Positions 1 to 7,478 of a stretch of 32,000 nt of DNA are shown piece by piece. The notes under the pieces are model-generated. The model saw nothing but the letters and a program-made list of their open reading frames with translations, searched no databases and was not told the DNA's origin. The stretch spans positions 1,350,001 to 1,382,000 of the forward strand of contig CP149973.1 of NCBI GenBank assembly GCA_029269845.2. The letters run 5' to 3'. This stretch comes from Opitutia bacterium KCR 482. Its GTDB lineage: Bacteria > Verrucomicrobiota > Verrucomicrobiia > Opitutales > Intestinicryptomonadaceae. The first letter of the stretch is position 1. The number at the start of each line of letters is the position of its first letter. The translations under genes and the position numbers were made by a program.

Positions 1-1457
1 AGCAGAAGCACCTTGACGGGCAGCTTTTCCGCGACCGCCGTCGCCATTTCCTGAATGTTCATCTGAAACGAGCCGTCGCCGTCAACGTCCACGACGTTCG
101 CTTCGGGACGCGCCGCCTTTACGCCGATTGCCGACGGAAGCCCGAAGCCCATCGTGCCCGCGCCGAGCGAGCTGATGAACTGGCGCGGCTTCGAGAACAC
201 GAAGTTCTGCGGAGTCCACATCTGGTGCTGCCCGACGCCCGTCGTAACCACGACCTTGTCGTCCGACGCCTTGTAGAGCGCGGAAATCGCCTCCTGCGAT
301 GTGAGGTTTCTGCGCTTGTTGAAAGAGAACGGATAGGGGTAGCGCGTTTTCCAGCACTTGATTGTATTGAGCCATTCGGAGAGGTCGGGCTTGGGTGTCC
401 TGCCTTTTTTTGCGAGCTCAAGCAGGCGTTTGAGCGCGTACTTGACTTCGCTGTGGACGCCGAGCGCAACCTTTACGTTCTTGTTCTGTTCCGCGAAATC
501 TATGTCGAGGTGCACGACTTTCGCGTGGGGCGCGAATTTGGAAACCGTGCCCGTAATGCGGTCGCTAAAACGCGTGCCGAACGCAAGCAGGAGGTCGGAA
601 TTGAGAACCGCGCTGTTGCCCGCGAACGTGCCGTGCATGCCGAACCAGTAGAGGTTTTTGTCTTCGAGCGGGTTTACCGAGCCTATGCCCATGAGCGTGT
701 TCGCCACGGGTATGCCGAAATATTTCGAGAACGCGTCAAGCTCTTTCGACGCCTCCGCCGCGATGATTCCGCCGCCCGCGTAGATTACGGGCTTCTTCGC
801 CTGCGAGACCATTTCGAGAAGCTTTACAAGCTCTTCGTCGGAGGCATGCGGAATTTTCGGCAGTCCGGGGAGGTCGGGCTTTGCGTCGAAATCGGGCGAG
901 ACCATCTGCTGCTGCACGTCTTTGGGAATGTCGATAAGCACCGGCCCGGGGCGTCCCGACTTCGCGATAAGGAACGCCTCCCTGATTGTCTGAGGAAGGT
1001 CGTTTGCGTCGAGCACCAAGTAGCTGTGTTTGACAACCGGCAGCGTCATTCCGAAAACGTCGGTTTCCTGAAACGCGCTTTTGCCGATGAGCGACTGGAA
1101 CACCTGCCCCGTGATTGCCACAAGCGGAACGCTGTCCATGTACGCGTCCGAAATCGCCGTAAGCAGGTTCATTGCGCCGGGGCCGCTTGTCGCCATGCAG
1201 ACGCCCACTTTGCCCGTCGAACGCGCGTATCCCTGCGCCATAAAGCCGCCGCCCTGTTCGTGGCGCGGAAGCACAACCCTTATTTTTTTCGTGCGCGTAA
1301 GGGCGTTGTGCATGTCGATAATCGAGCCGCCGGGGTATGCGAAAATCGTGTCCACGCCCTCGTTTTCGAGACATCTTACGACTACGTCCGTACCCTTCAT
1401 TAGTTTGGGCGCGGGTGCGGATTTCTTTGCAGTCGTTTTATTTGCCGTTTTTTTCAT
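1..1457 (-). CDS. ilvB: Acetolactate synthase large (catalytic) subunit, TPP-dependent. Only the N-terminal ~485 aa are present; the C-terminus runs off the left window edge.
   Basis: My own minus-strand translation from ATG at 1457-1455 reads MKKTANKTTAKKSAPAPKLMKGTDVVVRCLENEGVDTIFAYPGGSIIDMHNAL..RHEQGGGFMAQGYARSTGKVGVCMATSGPGAMNLLTAISDAYMDSVPLVAITGQV..GAGTMGFGLPSAIG..DGDGSFQMNIQE. The frame stays open to nt 1. These are classic ALS/TPP-enzyme motifs. The gene is absent from the ORF track only because it is open-ended. Confidence 0.9.
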   Translation of the reverse strand, partial: MKKTANKTTAKKSAPAPKLMKGTDVVVRCLENEGVDTIFAYPGGSIIDMHNALTRTKKIRVVLPRHEQGGGFMAQGYARSTGKVGVCMATSGPGAMNLLTAISDAYMDSVPLVAITGQVFQSLIGKSAFQETDVFGMTLPVVKHSYLVLDANDLPQTIREAFLIAKSGRPGPVLIDIPKDVQQQMVSPDFDAKPDLPGLPKIPHASDEELVKLLEMVSQAKKPVIYAGGGIIAAEASKELDAFSKYFGIPVANTLMGIGSVNPLEDKNLYWFGMHGTFAGNSAVLNSDLLLAFGTRFSDRITGTVSKFAPHAKVVHLDIDFAEQNKNVKVALGVHSEVKYALKRLLELAKKGRTPKPDLSEWLNTIKCWKTRYPYPFSFNKRRNLTSQEAISALYKASDDKVVVTTGVGQHQMWTPQNFVFSKPRQFISSLGAGTMGFGLPSAIGVKAARPEANVVDVDGDGSFQMNIQEMATAVAEKLPVKVLL

Positions 1458-1515
1458 ATCGCTGTCTTTACTTTATTAAACATTTCAAGATAACACACAA
1501 TCGGGCGGCTTCAAC

Positions 1516-1553
1516 AAAAAAAGTTCGCGTCTGGCGTGCGCCCTACGCGAACT
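1516..1553 (-). terminator. Rho-independent terminator downstream of the glycosidase ORF, upstream of ilvB
   Basis: A perfect 9-bp stem, AGTTCGCGT (1522-1530) with ACGCGAACT (1545-1553), encloses a 14-nt loop. On the minus strand the hairpin is followed by a T7 run (A-run 1516-1522 on the plus strand). Confidence 0.6.
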
Positions 1554-1585
1554 TTCGGTTGTCGAAAAAAATCTTCAACCAGCGG

Positions 1586-2524
1586 CTATTTTTTTTCGCG
1601 GACAAGCAGCACATAGGCCTCCGTCCGGTCGCCATTGCGGCGTTTGACAATCTTCTTGCCGAGGCTTGCGGGAATGGTAAGTTTGCCGTCCGAAATCTTT
1701 ACAGAGTCGCTTACGTCGATTGCCTCTTTTTCGAGCAAATCCTGTGCGAGAACTTCCACTTTCTTGTCGGTGCCGAGTTTGAAGCTTATGTCGCCGTTGA
1801 CATCGAACAGGCAGATTTTTCTGTTAAGGCAGTCGAGGTTCACATCGACATCCGCGCATGGCGTGTAGATTCTGTCGGAATCCGCCGTCATTCGCGGAGT
1901 CATAGAAAGGGCGAACGAACCATTGGGGTGGAGCGTAGCCTGAACGTAGGGCTGCATTCCGTTGCGGGGCTTGACTTTCGGATTTTCGATGCCGCGCGAA
2001 ACTACCGCGGGCGCGCTCTGCTTTACGGGCTTGCCCCACGCCGCCACGAACCAAACGGAATTGGGCTTGAATGTCCACACATCTTCGAGGCGTTCTTTGG
2101 AAACGAAAATTTCGAGGTCTTTCATCGGCACTGCGGGCGCGATTCGCTGCCAAAGCACCGCGCGGATTGCCCCCCAGCGCACGCCGCTATCGTGGACGAC
2201 ATTATCCCAGTCCATAATGCCGACAGCCGCCCCGAGGCCTACCGAAAGCGACATATTGTTCTCGACGGAAAGAATCGCCCGCGAGCCGGATTTTCGGCCG
2301 CTCAAAAGCTCGTACGCCGCGCGGTCGACAGTGGTTGTAGATTCAATCGGGGGAAGCACGTCGTAGGTTCTGAATACGTTCGAGAATTTTACCGTGCCGT
2401 CCACATTCGACAAAACATTGGGCTTTGTCTTCGAAAATTCGCCGCTACCCCGCATTTTCCTTACGTCGAAATCGTTAAACGGCGCGGTGGGAACGGCATG
2501 CTCCACAAAACGCGCTCTTTCCAA
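1586..2524 (-). CDS. C-terminal portion of a split secreted glycoside hydrolase (rest of the TIM barrel plus a beta-sandwich-like tail). It has no convincing start of its own.
   Basis: This 312-aa ORF begins at a TTG, and its frame is open upstream only to a stop at 2557-2555. It overlaps the upstream ORF by 64 nt in another frame on the same strand. No signal peptide or ribosome-binding context is visible. See the frameshift finding. Confidence 0.5.
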   Translation of the reverse strand: MERARFVEHAVPTAPFNDFDVRKMRGSGEFSKTKPNVLSNVDGTVKFSNVFRTYDVLPPIESTTTVDRAAYELLSGRKSGSRAILSVENNMSLSVGLGAAVGIMDWDNVVHDSGVRWGAIRAVLWQRIAPAVPMKDLEIFVSKERLEDVWTFKPNSVWFVAAWGKPVKQSAPAVVSRGIENPKVKPRNGMQPYVQATLHPNGSFALSMTPRMTADSDRIYTPCADVDVNLDCLNRKICLFDVNGDISFKLGTDKKVEVLAQDLLEKEAIDVSDSVKISDGKLTIPASLGKKIVKRRNGDRTEAYVLLVREKK

Positions 2525-3081
2525 TATTTGCGCAACGCTTCGGGCGAAAGTTTGCTATTGCGGTTTTCTCCCTTTGCCTGCGCGGAAACCCAAACACCCG
2601 CGCCGCGCCAGCCGCGCTCTTTCAGCATTTTGTTGAGTGTTTTGAGCCGCTGCGCGGGATTGCCCGTGCAAGACGGGAATTTTTTCTCGTCAAGTTCGAA
2701 CGAGCCGAATGCGTCGGATTTTTTCGCGGGCGTGTTGTACGGAACGTCCCAGCCGTCGTCGAGAAGCATATAGACATCTTTGCGAATTTCGGGCCAAAAA
2801 TTCGCCCAGCCGTTTTCTCCGAATATCAAATCTTCGTTAATGCACGAGCGGGCAAAGTCAGCGCCGCCGCCTTGGTCGCCCTCGAACGCTATTTCGCGCT
2901 TTACGGTTTCGCGCACTTTTTCCGCCTGTTCTCCGCCGATTCCGTTCTGTATCCCCCAAGTGCACCAGATGTTCGGGCCTTTCGAAGGCTTGTCCGGCAC
3001 GAGATTTTCGGCAAACGCCGTTGCCGAAAGTATCGACAATGCGGCAAACGCCGCTACTTTGATTTTGTTTTTCTTCTCCAT
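2461..3081 (-). CDS. N-terminal portion of a secreted clan GH-D-like (GH27/31/36-type, alpha-galactosidase-like) glycoside hydrolase
   Basis: It has a signal peptide, MEKKNKIKVAAFAALSILSATAFA. It carries NIWCTWG and LLDDGWD motifs resembling the GWNSW and DDGW motifs of clan GH-D. The segment FGSFELDEKKFPS..LKERGWRGAGVWV is typical barrel strand context. The ORF stops after only 206 aa while the similarity would be expected to continue. Confidence 0.5.
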   Translation of the reverse strand: MEKKNKIKVAAFAALSILSATAFAENLVPDKPSKGPNIWCTWGIQNGIGGEQAEKVRETVKREIAFEGDQGGGADFARSCINEDLIFGENGWANFWPEIRKDVYMLLDDGWDVPYNTPAKKSDAFGSFELDEKKFPSCTGNPAQRLKTLNKMLKERGWRGAGVWVSAQAKGENRNSKLSPEALRKYWKERVLWSMPFPPRRLTIST

Positions 3082-3133
3082 AATATATAAAAGTTAAAAT
3101 AAGCAACATTTGGCGATTCTCCGCCGCATTGTC

Positions 3134-3164
3134 AAAAAAAAAGTCCGCCCCAATGGAACGGACT
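3134..3164 (-). terminator. Rho-independent terminator of uxaC
   Basis: Stem AGTCCG (3142-3147) pairs with CGGACT (3159-3164). On the minus strand it is followed by a T9 run (A-run 3134-3142 on the plus strand). It lies 23 nt after the uxaC stop. Confidence 0.6.
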
Positions 3165-3186
3165 TTCAAAGAAATTTCAAAAAATA

Positions 3187-4590
3187 CTACAAATTGAAAT
3201 ACGACTTTGCGTTGTAGTAGGAAATGTCGGAAACGAGCTTGCCCACAAGCGCCATGTCCTTCGGCAAAAAGCCGCTTTCCATTTCCTTTCCGAGCATGTT
3301 GCAGAGTATGCGGCGGAAATACTCGTGGCGGGCGTACGAAAGGAACGAGCGCGAGTCCGTAAGCATTCCCACGAACCTGCCCAGCAGCGACAGGCTGGAG
3401 ACCGCTTCGAGCTGTCTGCGCATGCCGTCGAAGCTGTCGTTGAACCACCACGCCGCGCCGAGTTGCAGTTTCCCGGGGCAGAGGGAGTCCTGAAAATTGC
3501 CGAGCATTGCGCCAATCATCTCGTTGTCTTTCGGGTTGATGTTGTAGATGATTGTCTTTCCGAGCGTACCCGTTTCGGCGATTTTGTTGAGGTGTTTTGC
3601 AAGCGGCGTCGCGTAGTTCGACTCTCCGATTGAGTCGAAGCCCGCGTCCGCGCCGAGCTTCTCGAACATCGGCTTGTTTGCGTTGCGGATTGGCCCTATG
3701 TGCAACTGGCGAACCCAGCCCCTTTCGTAGTCCATCGCCGCGCATTCGTTGAGGATTGCCGACTTGAACGCAACCACTTCTTCGTGCGCCAGATGTTCGG
3801 GCGACGAAATCGCCTTTTTGAAAGTGTCCTCCACCTCGTAGTAGAACGAGTTTTTGTACCAGACGGTCTCGATGCCGTAGTCGGAGACGCGGCAGCCGTG
3901 TTCGTGGAAATAGTCGTGCCTGATTTTGATTGCCGCAATCAGGTCGTAGTAGGATTTAATTTCCACGCCCGACACTTTTTCGAGCGCGTCGAGGTATTTT
4001 ATGTACGCCTCGTGCCCCTCTATTGCGAACGCCTTGTCGGGGCGGAAAGTCGGGCGCACCTTGACGGGGAAGCCTTCGTCCTCCAATTTTTTGTGGTAGG
4101 AAAGGTCGGAAACGATGTCGTCGGTCGTGCAGACCGCCTCGACGTTGCTTTGCGCCATGCACTCGCGCGCGCCGAGCCCCGAAAGGAGAACTTCGTTCGC
4201 CCTGTTCCAGACTTCCTCGGCGGTGTCGCCCGAAAGGAGAATGTCGTCTATTCCGAAGAAGCGGGCAAGCTCCAAGTGGCACCAGTGGTACATGGGGTTG
4301 CGGAGCATGTAGGGCATTGCCTCGGCGAATTTCTGGAATTTTTCCCTGTCGGACGCGTCGCCCGTGCAGTATTTTTCCTCCGCGCCGTTGCTGCGCATGA
4401 GACGCCATTTGTAGTGGTCGCCGCCCAGCCACACTTGGGCGATGTTGTCCCAGTGTTTGTTTTCGGCAATCTCCTTGGGGTCGAGATGGCAGTGGAAGTC
4501 GATAAGGGGAAGCCTCTCGGCGAATTCGTGGTACAATTCGCGCGAATACTTGTTCTCCAAAAGAAAATCGTTCGAAATAAATTTTTCCAT
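3187..4590 (-). CDS. uxaC: Glucuronate isomerase (uronate isomerase)
   Basis: MEKFISNDFLLENKYSRELYHEFAERLPLIDFHCHLDPKEIAENKHWDNIAQVWLGGDHYKWRLMRSNG.. is the canonical UxaC N-terminus, and the ~467 aa length fits. I prefer the ATG at 4590 to the track's TTG at 4608, because 4604-4617 is a palindromic operator-like site. Confidence 0.92.
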   Translation of the reverse strand: MEKFISNDFLLENKYSRELYHEFAERLPLIDFHCHLDPKEIAENKHWDNIAQVWLGGDHYKWRLMRSNGAEEKYCTGDASDREKFQKFAEAMPYMLRNPMYHWCHLELARFFGIDDILLSGDTAEEVWNRANEVLLSGLGARECMAQSNVEAVCTTDDIVSDLSYHKKLEDEGFPVKVRPTFRPDKAFAIEGHEAYIKYLDALEKVSGVEIKSYYDLIAAIKIRHDYFHEHGCRVSDYGIETVWYKNSFYYEVEDTFKKAISSPEHLAHEEVVAFKSAILNECAAMDYERGWVRQLHIGPIRNANKPMFEKLGADAGFDSIGESNYATPLAKHLNKIAETGTLGKTIIYNINPKDNEMIGAMLGNFQDSLCPGKLQLGAAWWFNDSFDGMRRQLEAVSSLSLLGRFVGMLTDSRSFLSYARHEYFRRILCNMLGKEMESGFLPKDMALVGKLVSDISYYNAKSYFNL

Positions 4591-4603
4591 TGACTTCAAG
4601 CGT

Positions 4604-4617
4604 CTCAAACGTTTGAG
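4604..4617. promoter_or_regulatory. Candidate LacI-family operator, a perfect 14-bp palindrome CTCAAACGTTTGAG
   Basis: The sequence is self-complementary and centred on CG, with the AAACGTTT core typical of LacI/GalR-family operators. It lies 14 nt upstream of the uxaC ATG, in the divergent uxaC / LacI-regulator intergenic region (4591-4738). Confidence 0.55.
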
Positions 4618-4738
4618 TTTTGGTCAAGTAATTTCTTGCGCTTCGAACGACTTTTCGCCCGCGTTTTTTCGGTAGAATCGGGTTGAGAAAGTTGCGCACC
4701 GCAGGCTTAATTTTTCCTCAACACACAGAAAGCTCCCC

Positions 4739-5728
4739 ATGAAAGTAACCCAGCGCGACATCGCAAAAAAAATAGGCGTTTCGACTTCGCTCGTTTCGAG
4801 AGTGCTGTCGGGACAGGCGCACAAAATCGGCGTCCACCCCAAGAAGATTGAAGACATCATCAGAACCGCGAAGGAAATGAACTACGTTCCGTCGCCTGCG
4901 GCTCTCATTTTGAAGGGCAAGAAGAGCCGCACGGTAGGCATTGTCGCCTACGACTTCTACGACCCCTACTTCTCCTTCCTCATCAGCGAGCTTCAGGAGC
5001 TTTCGCACGGCAACAACTATTCGCTGCTGCTGGTGGGCTTCCTCAACAGAAAGCCCTGCGAGTCAGACCTGCTTCCGCTCTACAAGCACTCGGTTGACGG
5101 CATAATCGTCCTCGGCTCCTACGGCGACCTCTCTTGGACTGAGGCGTTCAAGGACATTCCGATTGCGCGCATCGGGCACGGCTCTCACCCGAACCTCACG
5201 CTTTCAATCAGCATCGACGAAAACGACGCCATGCGCAAAATCTTCACGCACCTCGTGCGCGACTTGGGTTTGAAGAGAATCGCGTTCGCCTCGCGCGAAA
5301 TCCCCGCGCACCACTTGCGCTGCGCCGCCGCCGAGGAAGTCGCAAAAGACTTCGACTGCCGCTTCGACTCGCTCTCGCCGTCCTCCGACACGAACGACTT
5401 CAAGGTCGGTCAGGAAATCGCGCGCGACCTCCTCAAAACCGGCAGGGACAAGCTCCCCGACGCAATCATCTGCGCGACCGACACAATCGCCATGGGCGTC
5501 ATCAAGAAGTTCTACGAAGTCGGCGTGCGCGTCCCCGAGGACGTCGCAATAACGGGCTTCGACGACATTCCCTCCGCCGCAAACTACATTCCGTCGGTCA
5601 CGTCTTTCAGGCAGCCCGTCAAGCAGTTTGCAAAAGAGTGCTTCAACGCCGTCATGGAAAACTCCGAGCCGAAAGTAGAGCACCTTGAAGGCGAGCTTAT
5701 CATCAGAAAAAGCACAATGAAAATTTAA
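4739..5728 (+). CDS. LacI-family transcriptional regulator
   Basis: The N-terminal HTH reads MKVTQRDIAKKIGVSTSLVSRVLSG. A periplasmic-binding-protein-like sugar-binding core follows (..VDGIIVLG.., ..PDAIICATDTIAMGVI.., ..DVAITGFDDIP..). Length is 329 aa. Confidence 0.9.
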   Translation: MKVTQRDIAKKIGVSTSLVSRVLSGQAHKIGVHPKKIEDIIRTAKEMNYVPSPAALILKGKKSRTVGIVAYDFYDPYFSFLISELQELSHGNNYSLLLVGFLNRKPCESDLLPLYKHSVDGIIVLGSYGDLSWTEAFKDIPIARIGHGSHPNLTLSISIDENDAMRKIFTHLVRDLGLKRIAFASREIPAHHLRCAAAEEVAKDFDCRFDSLSPSSDTNDFKVGQEIARDLLKTGRDKLPDAIICATDTIAMGVIKKFYEVGVRVPEDVAITGFDDIPSAANYIPSVTSFRQPVKQFAKECFNAVMENSEPKVEHLEGELIIRKSTMKI

Positions 5729-5750
5729 CAAAACAAATACGCATTATCAA

Positions 5751-6845
5751 ATGAAAACAAAATCGAAAGAATCGGTAAAATTCGACATAGTATCACTCGG
5801 CGAAGTCATGCTCCGCCTCGACCCCGGCGACGACCGCATCAGAACCGCCCGCTCGTTCCGCGCTTGGGAAGGCGGCGGCGAGTACAACGTGGCGCGCGGC
5901 CTCCGCAAATGCTTCGGGCTCCGCGCGGGTCTTGTGAGCGCGTTCGCCAAGAACGAGGTCGGCTACCTCCTCGAAGACTTCATCATGCAGGGCGGCGTGA
6001 ACATGGACTTTGTAAAATGGGTCAAGGCAGACGGCGCTGGGCGCAATGTCCGCAACGGGCTGAACTTCACCGAGCGCGGCTACGGTATCCGCGGTGCGCT
6101 CGGCTGCTCCGACAGAGGCCACTCGGCGGCGTCGCAGCTCAAAGCGGGCGACATTGACTGGGAGGAGCTTTTCGGCAAGCAGGGCGTCCGCTGGTTCCAC
6201 ACGGGCGGCATTTTTGCGGCTCTCTCCGAAACCACGGGCGAGGTCGTTCTCGAAGCCGCGAAAATCGCAAAAAAATACGGAACCATCGTCTCCTACGACC
6301 TCAACTACCGCCCCTCGCTTTGGGCGGACATCGGCGGGCAGAAGCGCGCGGTCGAAATCAACTCCGAAATCGCAAAGTATGTCGATGTGATGATTGGCAA
6401 CGAGGAAGACTTCACCGCGTGTCTCGGCCTCGAAGTAGAAGGTCTTGACGAAAACATTTCCGACATCAATGTCGAAGCCTTCAAGAAGATGATAAACAAT
6501 GCCGTTGCGAAGTATCCCAACTTCAAGGCGACTGCCACTACCCTCCGCAAGGTTCGTTCCGCAAGCTCCAACGATTGGAGCGCGATTTGCTGGTGCAACG
6601 GACAATTCTACGAGTCAAAAAAACGCGACGCCCTCGAAATTTTCGACCGCGTCGGCGGCGGCGACTCTTTTGCGTCGGGCTTCATTTACGGCATGATGGA
6701 GCTTGATTCTCCCAAGCTTGCGGTCGAATACGGCGCGGCGCACGGCGCGTTGGCGATGACAACTCCCGGCGACACGAGCACGGCGCGACTTGAAGAAGTC
6801 CGCAAGCTCGCCGAGACTAACGCAGGCGCTCGCGTTGTAAGGTAG
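5751..6845 (+). CDS. kdgK: 2-dehydro-3-deoxygluconokinase-like PfkB-family sugar kinase
   Basis: FDIVSLGEVMLRLDP..GGGEYNVARGL at the N-terminus, NYRPSLW, and the C-terminal DRVGGGDSFASGFIYG anion-hole/ATP motif of the ribokinase/PfkB family. It sits 22 nt after the LacI regulator and next to uxaC. The exact substrate is inferred from context. Confidence 0.75.
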   Translation: MKTKSKESVKFDIVSLGEVMLRLDPGDDRIRTARSFRAWEGGGEYNVARGLRKCFGLRAGLVSAFAKNEVGYLLEDFIMQGGVNMDFVKWVKADGAGRNVRNGLNFTERGYGIRGALGCSDRGHSAASQLKAGDIDWEELFGKQGVRWFHTGGIFAALSETTGEVVLEAAKIAKKYGTIVSYDLNYRPSLWADIGGQKRAVEINSEIAKYVDVMIGNEEDFTACLGLEVEGLDENISDINVEAFKKMINNAVAKYPNFKATATTLRKVRSASSNDWSAICWCNGQFYESKKRDALEIFDRVGGGDSFASGFIYGMMELDSPKLAVEYGAAHGALAMTTPGDTSTARLEEVRKLAETNAGARVVR

Positions 6846-6899
6846 CGGGAACCTGCGGGACTTGTTTGTTCCGTAGCAGAGTCATACTCGAAAACGAAA

Positions 6900-6934
6900 G
6901 GGGGCAGTACTCAAGTACAGCCCCCTTCCTTTTT
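6900..6934 (+). terminator. Rho-independent terminator of kdgK
   Basis: Hairpin GGGGGCAGTAC-tcaa-GTACAGCCCCC (6900-6925) has an 11-bp stem with one A/A mismatch. It is followed by TTCCTTTTT. Confidence 0.7.
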
Positions 6935-7444
6935 CTCCGTGTGCCTCTCCTACGGAAGCAAACCGTTCCCCGCAGAACCCCGCTGGGAAGTTGGCGGATT
7001 GCCGAGAGGTTTTTATTTTTGGGCGCGAGGCTTTCGCGCGGGTAGATTTTGATTTTTCTTTTAGGATACCTCGCGGAAGAAGTTTTTGGGTGCGAGCTTT
7101 CTGTTTTATTTTTTTGTGGAGCAGTATTGTTCTTCGGTTTCTTTTTCTCCGTGTGCCTCTACTACGGAAGCAAACCGTTCCCCGCAGAACCCCGCTGGGA
7201 AGTTGGCGGATTGCCGAGAGGTTTTTTATTTTAGGGCGCGAGGTTTTCGCGCGGGTAGATTTTGATTTTTCTTTTAGGATACCTCGCGAAAGAAGTTTTG
7301 GGGTGCGAGTTTTCTGTTTTATTTTTTTGTGGAGCAGTATTGTTCTTCGGTTTCTTTTTCTCCGTGTGCCCCTACTACGGAAGCAAACCGTTCCCCGCAG
7401 AACCCCGCTGGGAAGTTGGCGGATTGCCGAGAGGTTTTTTTTAT
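6929..7444 (+). repeat. Tandem direct repeat with a 212/213-bp unit, about 2.4 copies: 6929-7140, 7141-7353 and a partial copy 7354-~7444
   Basis: Manual alignment places the string CTTTTTCTCCGTGTGCC at 6929, 7141 and 7354. Copies 1 and 2 differ at about 6 substitutions plus one 1-nt indel (~97% identity). The array fills the intergenic region between kdgK and the GH42-like gene. Confidence 0.9.
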
Positions 7445-7478
7445 TGAAATAACCCCGAGTGTCGTTTTTAATTGGTGA

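Noticed and set aside
225-1403. Long antisense ORFs in the track. Examples are 225-1403(+), 1337-2773(+), 3700-4593(+), 5204-5731(-), 5793-6605(-), 7947-8885(-), 10498-11616(-), 12255-13022(+), 14182-14889(+), 16583-17896(+), 18361-20268(+, 635 aa), 22549-23346(-), 26913-28391(+, 492 aa) and 28471-29442(+).
   Set aside because: Each lies opposite a gene with unmistakable family motifs (ilvB, uxaC, kdgK, atpD and others). Their translations are Arg/Ala/Val/Phe-rich and low in complexity, with no recognisable motifs. They are typical shadow ORFs of GC-biased coding DNA.
4591-4608. N-terminal extensions given by the ORF track: uxaC from TTG 4608, the nuoE-like gene from TTG 20656, the fusion gene from 18343, and the TIM-barrel gene from 10330.
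   Set aside because: Internal ATG starts give N-termini matching the family consensus or a proper signal peptide (MEKFISNDF, MISKKNEEIL, MDTFKLTIDGK, MRRTFFLFL). These starts abut the upstream stop codons. The extensions overlap an operator-like palindrome or the upstream gene.
6929-7444. Possibility that the repeat array is a CRISPR or a known riboswitch. I compared it by memory with c-di-GMP-I/GEMM (GCAAACC and CGCAAAGCC boxes), ZTP (TGGCGGA and CCGCCTGGG) and guanidine-I/ykkC (CCGAGAG).
   Set aside because: The unit is 212-213 bp with no unique spacers, so it is not a CRISPR. Only isolated 6-9-nt resemblances to riboswitch boxes exist. Their order, their enclosing helices and the remaining conserved segments do not match any of these classes.
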